Source: Verrucomicrobiota bacterium (GTDB lineage Bacteria > Verrucomicrobiota > Verrucomicrobiia > CAIQCK01). From it: a stretch of DNA of 64,000 nt. The position numbers and the translations under genes were made by a program. The notes below the pieces were generated by a model that did no database searches, was not told the DNA's origin, and saw only the letters and a list, made by a program, of their open reading frames with translations. The DNA is taken from positions 73,511-137,510 of the forward strand of contig JACRQF010000005.1 of the NCBI GenBank assembly GCA_016222825.1, in the 5' to 3' direction. Below are positions 8,707-17,639 of the stretch, piece after piece (within the stretch, counting starts at the first letter, position 1; each line of letters opens with the position of its first letter).

Positions 8707-9453
8707 TTACGCAAACTTGGCGAATATGTTCAAAACGAGCACCTCGATGTGCGCCGATGCCCTACTCTCACCAATCTTGAGCGAATTGGGATGACCGCAC
8801 CCATTTCGTAACTGGAGACAGTTGTTCTTCAACTCCTCCTTCACGTTCTTGCCGATGATGCTAAGAGGTGGGCTGCCGATGATATCAAGGAAGTCGGATT
8901 CCTTCATCCTCGATAGGTCATCTTTCGCCTTTGCTGCTCTCCAATCGGCATCGCGCCTTTGTGCCTCGGCGTTGAAGGCGTGAAGATGCCGACCGAAAAC
9001 TTCGTCTTGTAATAACGACATAGCTCCCACCCAGGAGAGAACTACGGCGGCCCTGTAAAGACCAGCTTCGAAAGACTTGATCGCTTCGTCTAGAAAGGCC
9101 GATGTGTCTTGGTCAGTAATGCGTTTGGCGTGCTGCCGCAGGGAAGATGCAATATGCACAACCTTAACGCTCTTCTTCTCCGGAACCACTCCGAGTTTCT
9201 GCACATGGTCTTTCCCCTGTGATGTTATTGACCATCCATCCGGCAATCTGACCGCCAAGCTCTTGCCGCGCTTAAGAATGTCCGAGACGTTCCAGCTATG
9301 GATTTCTGTAAGGCCCGCGTTACGCCCCAGCTTCTTAATCTCATTCACCTCCTTTGGTTTGCTTGGGTCAACGCAGAGTATAATCAACAACGCATCCAGT
9401 CTAGGTAAGCGCTGTTTGTTTAGACTTTCTACAAGATCAGTTTCGCTAAGCAA
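8707..9453 (-). CDS. Hypothetical two-domain protein: unknown N-terminal domain plus C-terminal all-alpha region with an R-x4-H motif (LQLRNGCGHPN) resembling Abi_C/Swt1-type HEPN RNase domains; second gene of a low-GC cassette
   Basis: 248-aa ORF with G+C clearly below the flanks. The R-x4-H motif sits about 30 residues from the C-terminus, as in Abi_C HEPN proteins. Its start overlaps the upstream ORF stop by 8 nt. Confidence 0.5.
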   Translation of the reverse strand: MLSETDLVESLNKQRLPRLDALLIILCVDPSKPKEVNEIKKLGRNAGLTEIHSWNVSDILKRGKSLAVRLPDGWSITSQGKDHVQKLGVVPEKKSVKVVHIASSLRQHAKRITDQDTSAFLDEAIKSFEAGLYRAAVVLSWVGAMSLLQDEVFGRHLHAFNAEAQRRDADWRAAKAKDDLSRMKESDFLDIIGSPPLSIIGKNVKEELKNNCLQLRNGCGHPNSLKIGESRASAHIEVLVLNIFAKFA

Positions 9454-9928
9454 TCCGCCTCCTTATCTCATCAAGTTTCTTTGCCGATAGCGAAAAGTTG
9501 CCACCTGTAGCCTCTGTTATCGAACCATCGCCAAGCACTGTTTTGAGATATTTTGATAAGTTTTTTGAGTAGCTGGATTTGTAATAACCAGTTGCCGATT
9601 GCATCTCTTTAAGCAATTGCTTACGAGAAAACTCGCCATTCCCTTGAACCATTTCCAAGTTGGCTGCCGCTGCGAGGACAAGGTCAGGACCGCTTAAGCA
9701 AGTGAGCTTAGCGGCAATGGACTTTGTTGATAGTTGCAACTCCTTTCCTGTTGCGGCACCACCAGATTTTCCAGAGCCTGCATCGTCGAGCTTGATGTTC
9801 AGCGACCGTGACATTTCCGTCACGGTTTTAATCAGAACCGGAAGCTCCTGTTTGAGGAACGATTCCGATCCTTCATAATCCACTTCAATAGGGCCAAGTT
9901 TGATTCTGATCTTGCTTTCCATGTTCAT
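9446..9928 (-). CDS. Hypothetical 160-aa protein with no recognisable family; first gene of the low-GC cassette and candidate partner/antitoxin/sensor of the HEPN-like protein
   Basis: Clean ORF MNMESKIRIKLGPIEVDYEGSESFLKQELPVLIKTV..., translationally coupled to the downstream gene and with the same low G+C. Confidence 0.5.
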   Translation of the reverse strand: MNMESKIRIKLGPIEVDYEGSESFLKQELPVLIKTVTEMSRSLNIKLDDAGSGKSGGAATGKELQLSTKSIAAKLTCLSGPDLVLAAAANLEMVQGNGEFSRKQLLKEMQSATGYYKSSYSKNLSKYLKTVLGDGSITEATGGNFSLSAKKLDEIRRRIA

Positions 9929-10367
9929 CTCCTAGGTTTGCACCCTGGCAAGCCTGCAATCCAGCCGGGCGCGTTGTTGTTTGGTTCCAGTTCATCCGTT
10001 TGCGTCGTTCGTGGGGACGGCGTCTATAACCTCGCCGTTAAGGGGTTGGCTTGGATCGAAGATTGGCATGTCTCGGCCCTTTCCTCATGGGCGGTTTCTA
10101 CCGCAGCCGGCGAGGAAATGGAATCAAATTCTTTGCCCGCGAAACATGCGAAAAAACGCGAAAGGGAAGGCGGCCAGGCTGCAACCAGACAGGAGGAACA
10201 GAGGGGGCAAAATCATGGCTGACAAAATCATCATTTTGCCCTCAATGATTTTGCCCAAGAACTGTCCTCGGGAATCGTGGCACACTGCGGGAAATTTGAC
10301 GGATAGCGATACGGAAGGACGCGAAAGTGGAGAAGAAGGCGAAACTGTCAGTTGTCGGCTTTGAATG

Positions 10368-10485
10368 GTAGGGCGAGGCGTCCCGCCGAGCCGGTTCGCT
10401 GCCTGATATCTATACCGGCTCAGCGGGATGCCTCGCCCTACCTTGGTGCACGGCCTGCGGCTCGGCGGGACGCCTCGCCCTACCA
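10368..10485. repeat. Triple inverted-repeat structure: one 28-nt arm able to pair with either of two downstream complementary arms
   Basis: Arm 1 is GGTAGGGCGAGGCGTCCCGCCGAGCCGG (10368-10395). Arm 2 is CCGGCTCAGCGGGATGCCTCGCCCTACC (10416-10443, 2 mismatches). Arm 3 is GCTCGGCGGGACGCCTCGCCCTACC (10461-10485, essentially perfect). Confidence 0.6.
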
Positions 10486-10697
10486 AGCACAACCATCGTC
10501 GCCACGTGTGGGCACGCGGCCGACAACGATCAGCGGTCAGAGGCCGCTGCTACAGGGGGGCTTTTGGGGTGTGGATGTGGAAAAGCCATCCCGGAGGCCT
10601 CCGGAAGGGGTTTGGGAGGCTTCCCGGGCATGAAAATGATGATTTTTGTCAAAAAAGTTCCTTTTTCCGCTTCGGACGGGGTTTCCGGAGACTTGGA

Positions 10698-10965
10698 AGA
10701 TGTTTCCTCGTCGAGGGAAGATGTTTTGTCAGGCCATCAGTTAACATCTTTCCTCGATAAAGATGCTTCCTTCCTCAAGAAAGATGTTTTGTCACGCCGT
10801 CAGTTAACATCTTACCTCAACGAAGATGTTTCTTTGTTCAATAAAGATGTTTCCTTGTTGCACCAGTTAACATCTTTGTTCGACGAAGATGTTTTGTCGC
10901 GCCATCAGTTAACATCTTTGCTCAACAAGGATGTTTCCTCCCTCAACAAGGATGTTTCCTCAGAG
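10698..10965. repeat. AT-rich phased array of nine AAGATGTTT motifs at 21/42-bp spacing; four extended into 33-bp palindromes AAGATGTT-N17-AACATCTT containing a GTTAAC core
   Basis: Motif starts at about 10698, 10718, 10759, 10781, 10822, 10843, 10886, 10928 and 10949. The full palindromes are at 10718-10750, 10781-10813, 10843-10876 and 10886-10918. The array overlaps the dubious ORF 10564..11058. Confidence 0.65.
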
Positions 10966-11044
10966 GCCGGGAATGGCTTCGCTGAGCCGCTGGAACTGGT
11001 CAAAAAAAGCCAGAAACCCACGCCGCCGCGCCGACCTTGTTCCC

Positions 11045-14000
11045 CTACTCCTCGATGATGACGCGGAAGCCGACGTTGTAGGGGCGCTGCCAATCGGGGA
11101 CGGCCAAGCGGAAGGCGGAGCGGGCGAACTTGGGGCGCTCATACCAGGAACCGCCGCGGACGACTTTGGGGCCGGTGAGGCTGGCGTCGCTGGCGCCGGC
11201 GGCGGCGCTGTAGGGATAGGGGCGGAAGTTGGTGAGGGTCCACTCGCGGGCGTTGCCGTGCATGTTCTTCAGGCCCCAACGATTGGCGGCGAAGGCGTCC
11301 ACGTCGGCGAGCATGAGAACGCCGTCGTTGAAGCGGGGTTCCTTGGGGATGTAGTCCCAGAATTTGTCGGCGTTCTTGATCGGCTTCGGGTCCACGCCGC
11401 TGACGGCCATCTCGCTGAGGGTCTTGTCGCCGAGGTTTTCGCGCGCGGAGAAATCGGTATCGAGGTCGCCGTAGTTCATGGCGGTGTCGGTGCCGGCGCG
11501 GCAGGCCCATTCCCACTGGGCCTCGGTGGGCAACGTGACGCGCTTGCCGGTCTTCTGGGAGAGCCACTTGCAGAACTGCATGGCGCCGTCCCATGAGACG
11601 CGGATGGCGGGGAACTTCGGGTCGTCCATCGGGTAGCCGGGGTTGACCTGGTCCTTGTAGTGGCGGTCGTAGTGGGCGTTCTTGTGGGCGGGGTTGAAGG
11701 TCTGGTATTGGCCGAGGGAAACTTCGGTGACGCCCATCCAGAACGGTTTGGCGACGCGCACGACAGCGGTGGGCGATTCGTCGGAGAAGCCGTTGGCGTC
11801 GCCCATGACGAACGTGCCGGCGGGGATGCGCTTGAACTTCATGAGGAGACCGTTGCCGAGGTCTATGGCCAGGTCGGTGTTGCCGAGCGCGGACTGCATC
11901 TGCGCGGCTTTGGCGGCGTCGAAGGGCCAGCCGGGGAGATTTTGGATTTTGGATTTTGGATTTTGGATTTTTTCCAGCTCCGGTGCAATGAACGCGAGGC
12001 GCTGGGTGTAGTTGACCGGGATGGCTTCGATGTCTTCGTCCACGTTGGAGTAGAGCTTCCGCATCTCGTAGCGGCGCTTCTCGAAGTTCTTCGGAATCTC
12101 GCGCGCCTCGTGCCAGGTGCCGTAGCACGGGACGTTGAGGTCAATCCACGTGATGAGCCGGTCCCAGGCCTCGGCGTCGAGTTTGACGTTGTGGTGGCCC
12201 TTCTGGAGGATCTGGACCAACTCGCTGGTGTCGGCGTGGAACTCCAGTGGCGTCAGGAGATGGTAGTCGCCCTCGGGACCGTTGCGGCGCACGAACGGAT
12301 GCAGCGCCAGATACGACGCAGGCAACGGCGAGCCGGTGCTGGTGCGGACGATGTTGGTGTCGGCGAAATTCGGCTGAGTGGGAATCTTCCCGTCGTGGCA
12401 GCCGACGCAATACTTGTCGAGCACGGGCTGCACCTCGCGCGCGAAGGAGAAGCCGCGCTTCGGCCCGCGCCACGGCTTCGGGATGGAGGCTTCCCCGCGG
12501 GCGGCATCGCTATGGTTGAGGGTGAGCGAGTAGTGCTGCGGCTCGTGACAACCGGTGCAGGAAACGCGCTCGCCCGGCACGCCGACGAACCAGCTCCGCA
12601 TGTGTTGGAGCGCCTTGCCCTCCGCGTCGAGCGGCTGGATGGCGACAGGGGTGTTCGCGGGAATCTCGAAGTAAGCGGAGCCGTCGGGCTGAACCGGCAC
12701 GGTGCCGATGATGCGGCGCACGTCCCACGGGCCTTCCATGCCGACGAAGTAGTGCCCGCCCATGTTCCGGTAGGAATACTCATACTGGAAGATGCGCAGC
12801 GACTTGACCGTGCCCGGAGGCACACCCGCGAGGCCGGGGCCGGCGTAGATGTTCTGCACGGAAACGCTGGCGGTGGTCTTCGAGAGGTCCACGCGGTCGG
12901 GGATGACCGGCGGCGGCGTGGTCTTGCGCAGCGGGATCGGCTCGAACATCGCCTGGCCCGGCTGCTCCTTCAGGAGGATCATGTTGTCGAAGATGTCCAC
13001 GAGATAGAGGCCCCAGTTCGCGCGTCCGTCGAGTTTGCAGGAGACGAGGAATTGTTTGTCGCTCAGCGGGAACGGATGGAGGAACTTTGGCCATGAGTCG
13101 TTAACGAGGCCGTCCTTGATGATCGGCTCGACTTTCTTGCCATAGCCGGGAATGCGCTGCACCGCGCCGGAGCCTTCATGGCGGCCCTTGCTGGCGTCGA
13201 AGAGGACCAGTTCGCCCGCGCGCGCGACGCCGTGATGGCCGGTGACGATGGCGCAGAACATGGAGGGCTTGCCCGGCAGCGGCTTCGCGTAGAACATCGA
13301 GTTCGGCCAGTAGCTGTTGCTGCCGTAGAACTCCTGCTGGGCGGTGCCATCGGGGTTCATGTGCATCATCACGCGGCTGAAGTAGTGCGCGGAGTCGGTG
13401 TATTCCCAGCGCAGATACATCACGCGACCATCCTCCATCATGGTGGGATACCAGTCGTTGTCCTGGTCGTAACAGAGGCGGCGGACGTTCTTGCCGTCGG
13501 CGTCCATGATGTGGAGGTTCGCGACGTAGTCGCTGCCGCCGACGCACGGCACGCCCTGAAACGTGCTGCTGCAATCGAAGATGATGCGGCCGTCGGGCAG
13601 ATACGTGCCGTCGTAGTTGTCCACGTCGTCATATTCGCCGCGCGATACCTGGCGGAAGCCGCTGCCGTCGAGCTTCGCCTCGAAGACCTGCCAGCGGTCG
13701 TTGGAGCCGATGGACGAGAACAGGATGCGCTCGCCGTCGAAGTGGAGACGCATGTCACCGACGAACACGTCGCGCTGCGGCTTGAAGACGCGCTGGAGCG
13801 GGGCGTTCTTCTCGCGGAGGGAGAGCGTGGCGATTTCGTTGACCGTGGCGGGCTTGACGCTGGAGTTGCCCTGCCAGTTGGCCGGCAGGCAGAGCCGGTT
13901 GCCGTCGCGCTTGACGAAGAGGATCTTGTCGAAGTTGATGACCGGGTTGTTGAGGATCAACGCCTCGCGCTGGAGGTTGTCGCAACGCGCGCCGAACTCC

Positions 14001-15019
14001 ATGATGGCCTTGTCGTCGCCGTCCGCGAGCGCCTTCTGGATGGCGGGCATCTCCTTCTCGATGGCCTCGAGCCGCGCAAGGAAATCGGCACTCTTCGTGT
14101 ATTTGTCCGGATAAGTCTTGGCCAGGTCCTCGATGGCAAGCCGCAGCGCCTTCGTGTTCACCGATTTGAGCAGCGCCGTGGTCTCTTCGAGCGCCTTCAC
14201 CTTCCGCGCGACCATGAGGAACAGGTCGAGCCAAGCGGCGTCGGAAGACACGGCCTTGCTCTTGACCATCTCGTCGAGCTTCGCGCTCTCGGCTGTGGCG
14301 CTCTTGAGTTTGCGCAGCATCGAGCCGATCACGCCGCGCTCCTGCCCAACATTCGAGTCGTCAATGAACCACCGCGGGTAACCGGAGAAATACGTCACGA
14401 AGAGCTGGTTCTCGTCGCCGAACTTGGCATCGAGCTTCGCTAATTCCGTCGAAACAACCGGGCCGCTGGAGTAGAAGAAGCTGCTAACCTCTTTGCTGCA
14501 ATGGATGCGGATGAGCAACTCGTTCTTTCCCTTCGCGAGATCGAGCGTGAGCTTCTCCCGCGCGCCCGGCTTCTCCTGCGCGAGCACCTGCTTCTGGTTC
14601 AGCCAAACCGTGAGGCTGTCCGCCGCGCCCAGTTCCACGACGAGCTTCGCCGGCTCCTTGGCGGTAATCGCGCGATACGCATAGACCGCGGTATCCGGCG
14701 TGGCACGGACCTCGGTGTTCTGGCCGTCGGTCCAGTTCATCCGGTTCCAAAGCGACCTCCGCCCGCCGGCAACCTTCGCCTTCAGGTCAACGCTCACCTC
14801 CGGCTCGACCTTGGCGCTGCGGTTCTTCTTGTTGACGCGCTGCGGCTCCGTGGAATGCCAGTCGCCTTCCTCGATGCCCTTGCGCACGGCCATCACCTGT
14901 TGGCGAATGCCGTGGATGGCCTTGTTCCATTCCGCCGACGCCGCGGCGTCGTCCGATGGCCAGCACATCACTGTTATCGCTGCCGCAAATGTCGCCTGTA
15001 AGTAAACAGATACCTTCAT
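11045..15019 (-). CDS. Giant secreted multidomain protein: signal peptide, galactose-binding-like N-terminal domain, TolB-like beta-propeller, CxxCH-containing PSCyt-like region, C-terminal FGE-sulfatase (SUMF1/formylglycine-generating-enzyme-family) domain
   Basis: 1324 aa. CxxCH motifs (SCTGCHEPQ, VQPVLDKYCVGCHDGK). C-terminal FGE motifs (RVSWDGAMQFCKWLS, GNAREWT, VVRGGSW). The central region is paralogous to ORFs 26421 and 29227. Confidence 0.8.
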   Translation of the reverse strand: MKVSVYLQATFAAAITVMCWPSDDAAASAEWNKAIHGIRQQVMAVRKGIEEGDWHSTEPQRVNKKNRSAKVEPEVSVDLKAKVAGGRRSLWNRMNWTDGQNTEVRATPDTAVYAYRAITAKEPAKLVVELGAADSLTVWLNQKQVLAQEKPGAREKLTLDLAKGKNELLIRIHCSKEVSSFFYSSGPVVSTELAKLDAKFGDENQLFVTYFSGYPRWFIDDSNVGQERGVIGSMLRKLKSATAESAKLDEMVKSKAVSSDAAWLDLFLMVARKVKALEETTALLKSVNTKALRLAIEDLAKTYPDKYTKSADFLARLEAIEKEMPAIQKALADGDDKAIMEFGARCDNLQREALILNNPVINFDKILFVKRDGNRLCLPANWQGNSSVKPATVNEIATLSLREKNAPLQRVFKPQRDVFVGDMRLHFDGERILFSSIGSNDRWQVFEAKLDGSGFRQVSRGEYDDVDNYDGTYLPDGRIIFDCSSTFQGVPCVGGSDYVANLHIMDADGKNVRRLCYDQDNDWYPTMMEDGRVMYLRWEYTDSAHYFSRVMMHMNPDGTAQQEFYGSNSYWPNSMFYAKPLPGKPSMFCAIVTGHHGVARAGELVLFDASKGRHEGSGAVQRIPGYGKKVEPIIKDGLVNDSWPKFLHPFPLSDKQFLVSCKLDGRANWGLYLVDIFDNMILLKEQPGQAMFEPIPLRKTTPPPVIPDRVDLSKTTASVSVQNIYAGPGLAGVPPGTVKSLRIFQYEYSYRNMGGHYFVGMEGPWDVRRIIGTVPVQPDGSAYFEIPANTPVAIQPLDAEGKALQHMRSWFVGVPGERVSCTGCHEPQHYSLTLNHSDAARGEASIPKPWRGPKRGFSFAREVQPVLDKYCVGCHDGKIPTQPNFADTNIVRTSTGSPLPASYLALHPFVRRNGPEGDYHLLTPLEFHADTSELVQILQKGHHNVKLDAEAWDRLITWIDLNVPCYGTWHEAREIPKNFEKRRYEMRKLYSNVDEDIEAIPVNYTQRLAFIAPELEKIQNPKSKIQNLPGWPFDAAKAAQMQSALGNTDLAIDLGNGLLMKFKRIPAGTFVMGDANGFSDESPTAVVRVAKPFWMGVTEVSLGQYQTFNPAHKNAHYDRHYKDQVNPGYPMDDPKFPAIRVSWDGAMQFCKWLSQKTGKRVTLPTEAQWEWACRAGTDTAMNYGDLDTDFSARENLGDKTLSEMAVSGVDPKPIKNADKFWDYIPKEPRFNDGVLMLADVDAFAANRWGLKNMHGNAREWTLTNFRPYPYSAAAGASDASLTGPKVVRGGSWYERPKFARSAFRLAVPDWQRPYNVGFRVIIEE
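11937..11972. repeat. Heptanucleotide microsatellite (GGATTTT)x~5 (AAAATCC on the coding strand) inside the 1324-aa ORF, encoding KIQNPKSKIQN
   Basis: Direct reading of 11937-11972; the unit length is not a multiple of 3. Confidence 0.7.
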
Positions 15020-15120
15020 AGCTCAATTCCTCTACAGAAAAAGTCGCAGCCATGATTTCCAAGAAACCGCCGTCAAGGCGAGAGAAAACCACTGCGACCT
15101 TGGTAGGAATGAAGGTGCGA

Positions 15121-16131
15121 CTACTCCAGCATCTGCGAGCCAACCTTCGCAATCCACTGCCGCGCGAACTCCGCACTGGGAACGCCCACGTCGAGAACGG
15201 TGTTGGCGAGGAAGATCATCTCGTGGATGCGGCCGGCCCTGAGCCACTTCAGGCCGAGTTCGCACTGGTGCTGCATCAACTCCTGCGGCACGGGCCGGGA
15301 ATTGTGGTAGTCCCAGATATACAGGCCCAGCGCAATGCGTGCCTTCTTCGGAGCAATCTTCTCCAACGCATTCATATTCCCCTCCAGCGCCGCCAGCTCA
15401 TCGGAGTTCCACGTCCAGAGCGCCAGCACGTCAAAGAGATCCAAAAACTCCGCCAGCGGCGGCTCGCAGCCGCGAAACGCCGGCGACTTCGTCTTGCGCG
15501 GCGGCGTGATCTCGTGCGTGTAGAGCGTGATCCAGATGTCCATCGGCCGGCCAACGGACTTCAACGACTCGCGCGCCTTCTTCAACTCATCCGGTTGCAG
15601 CGCCGGCCGCCCCGCGACAATGCCGTCGGGCCGTTTCTTCGCGTCAATGATGAAGTCGTCGAGGTAGATGCCGTTGATGTTCGGGAACTTTTTGGCGAGT
15701 TGGATGACGGGATACAACTCCCCCAACCCACCCTTGCCGCCGCTGCCGACAACCGACCAGCAAACGCGGTCGAGCGGTTGGAACGAGGTGGCGTATTGCT
15801 CGAAGGAGGTCTTCGCGCGCCATGACTGGCCACTGGGCAACGCGGGCTGCTCGTGACTGCGAATAAGCAGAAGGTTCGGCACACCGAGCCAGAACGCGCC
15901 CTCCGCCGGCGTCATGCGCGAGCCGCCGCGGACGCCGCCTCGTTCGAGGTAATCGTTGTCGCCGCCCGCATAGACGGTGAAAATCCAGAGCCGGTCGCGC
16001 ACCGTGTTGCGCCTGGGTTTTCCTGGCAGCTCTGCCGTCGCAACTCCGCCAGCTATTCCTGTCAATCCCATCACCGCCGCGCCGAACAGCGCACGCCGCG
16101 TGAGCATCGCCTGTGGTTGGCTCTTGTGCAT
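15121..16131 (-). CDS. Tat-signal secreted hypothetical protein (possible TIM-barrel/glycoside-hydrolase-like fold)
   Basis: Twin-arginine leader MLTRRALFGAAVMGLTGIAGG; 336 aa; no confident family. Confidence 0.55.
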   Translation of the reverse strand: MHKSQPQAMLTRRALFGAAVMGLTGIAGGVATAELPGKPRRNTVRDRLWIFTVYAGGDNDYLERGGVRGGSRMTPAEGAFWLGVPNLLLIRSHEQPALPSGQSWRAKTSFEQYATSFQPLDRVCWSVVGSGGKGGLGELYPVIQLAKKFPNINGIYLDDFIIDAKKRPDGIVAGRPALQPDELKKARESLKSVGRPMDIWITLYTHEITPPRKTKSPAFRGCEPPLAEFLDLFDVLALWTWNSDELAALEGNMNALEKIAPKKARIALGLYIWDYHNSRPVPQELMQHQCELGLKWLRAGRIHEMIFLANTVLDVGVPSAEFARQWIAKVGSQMLE

Positions 16132-16296
16132 CTTATTCCTCCTGACTCAGTCGCCGCGCCATACGCAGCCTTCGTCTTCAGCCCGTGAGTCTATTGCCAG
16201 ACTGGCCGCAGTCGAGCCGGAAGTTTGTTTGTTTGTTTGCTTCGGTTGCGCCGTCCGCCTGGAGAAGCTCCGAGCCGCACGACGCAGACGGACGGT

Positions 16297-17406
16297 TCAG
16301 AACCAGTGATTCTTCTTCATCCACCAAGCCGCCGCCAACGCGGAAATCGCTACGATTCCGAGAGCCATGAAGGCACCGTAGTGGGAGCGCGACTCCGATT
16401 TCTGCTCCGCCGGTTTCGTTTCCACCGTGGTTCTCGCAGACGGCTGCGCCGTGCCGATGGGTTCGGGTTTGGGCGTGGCAGGCGCTGCAACCGCGACAGG
16501 CTCCGCAGGGAGCGCAAGGAAACCCTTGGAGAGCAACTCCGCGGCTTTGGCGTCGCGCACTTTGCGGTCGGCACTGCCAAGCACAACAGCGATGACGCGC
16601 CGGCCTTTGCGTTGCGCGGTGACGGCGATGGAGTAACCCGCCTCGGTGATGTAGCCGGTCTTCAACCCGTCGCAACCTTCCACGGAACCGAGCAGGTGGT
16701 TGTGGGTGCGCATGATGACGGTCTTCTTGCCTTGGTCGGGGCGGAACGGCCGCTCGCGCATGGAAGTGTAGCGCAACGTCTCCTTGTGCTTGAGCAACTC
16801 GCGGCAGAGCACGGACAGGTCGCGCGCGGTCGTGACGTCGTGCTCCTGCCCCCCGGAGGGCGGCAAACCGTGGACGGAGGCGAAACGCGTGCTGGTCATG
16901 CCGAGTTGCTGCGCGCGCTGGTTCATCAGGTCAATAAATGCCTCGGTGCTGCCGGCAACTTTTTCGGCCAGCGCGACGGCCGCGTCGTTAGCCGACTGCA
17001 CCATCAGCGCGTAGAGCATTTCGTCCAGCGTGAATGATTCCTTTTCTGCAAGCCACACCTGGCTGCCGCCTGTCTTGGAGGCTTTGGCGCTGGCGGGAAC
17101 CTGGTCGTTGAGGTTGAGTTGGCCTTGCTGGATCTTCTCCAAGATGATCAGAAGGTCCATGAGCTTGAGCACGCTGGCGGGGTAGCCCTTCGCGTCGGCC
17201 TTGTCCTCGAAGAGCACGCTGCCAGTGGCGGCGTCCACGGCGATGGCTCCGCGATACGGGTTTTCCGCGATGCCGCGTTTTTTTGCGGCCGTCGCCGCGG
17301 TCGGTTTCTTGGTGGACGGTTTGGAGGCCGCGAAAGCGTCTGGCTGCGCGGCAGCAATCCATCCCGCCAGTCCAATGAGCAAACACGTTTGCGCAATTCG
17401 GTTCAT
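16297..17406 (-). CDS. D-alanyl-D-alanine carboxypeptidase (serine peptidase S11, PBP5/6-like) with C-terminal membrane anchor
   Basis: SVLKLM...SANDAAVALAE motifs. Signal peptide MNRIAQTCLLIGLAGWIAAA (start at M52 of the ORF). C-terminal hydrophobic segment. Confidence 0.85.
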   Translation of the reverse strand: MNRIAQTCLLIGLAGWIAAAQPDAFAASKPSTKKPTAATAAKKRGIAENPYRGAIAVDAATGSVLFEDKADAKGYPASVLKLMDLLIILEKIQQGQLNLNDQVPASAKASKTGGSQVWLAEKESFTLDEMLYALMVQSANDAAVALAEKVAGSTEAFIDLMNQRAQQLGMTSTRFASVHGLPPSGGQEHDVTTARDLSVLCRELLKHKETLRYTSMRERPFRPDQGKKTVIMRTHNHLLGSVEGCDGLKTGYITEAGYSIAVTAQRKGRRVIAVVLGSADRKVRDAKAAELLSKGFLALPAEPVAVAAPATPKPEPIGTAQPSARTTVETKPAEQKSESRSHYGAFMALGIVAISALAAAWWMKKNHWF

Positions 17407-17639
17407 GGTTATCCTCAAAAGCCGGATACCTTCTTCGCAACCACCGCGCGGGTCAAGCGCCGCGTGAGCCAAACGCGCAGAAACCACACAAGTCATCGGG
17501 GCCACTCCATGACTCTGGGAGAAGACGAACACCGGCTTTGGAGTCAAAAACACAGGCATTGCCTCGCGACAGGCCCAACGCGCGTGGTTGGCATCTGAGG
17601 AGCCGGGGAGGCGTGTCCGCGAGGCTGCCGCTGGCGCGG

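Noticed and set aside
10718-10918. Resemblance of AAGATG...CATCTT palindromes to NsrR (NO-responsive repressor) operators
   Set aside because: Half-sites are similar, but the spacing (8+17+8) does not match the compact 11-1-11 NsrR site, and the array is not upstream of norZ or hcp.
10698-10965. Possible CRISPR array (also considered for 45261..45575)
   Set aside because: The period is 21 bp with no unique spacers between repeats. The units are degenerate and directly abutting. No cas genes nearby.
10564-11058. 164-aa ORF (DVSSLNKDVSS... repeats) spanning the AAGATGTTT phased array
   Set aside because: Not accepted as a gene. The DNA shows conserved 33-bp palindromes and strict 21-bp phasing, more consistent with a DNA or RNA-level element. 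It is retained as a repeat feature, with the coding alternative noted in the findings.
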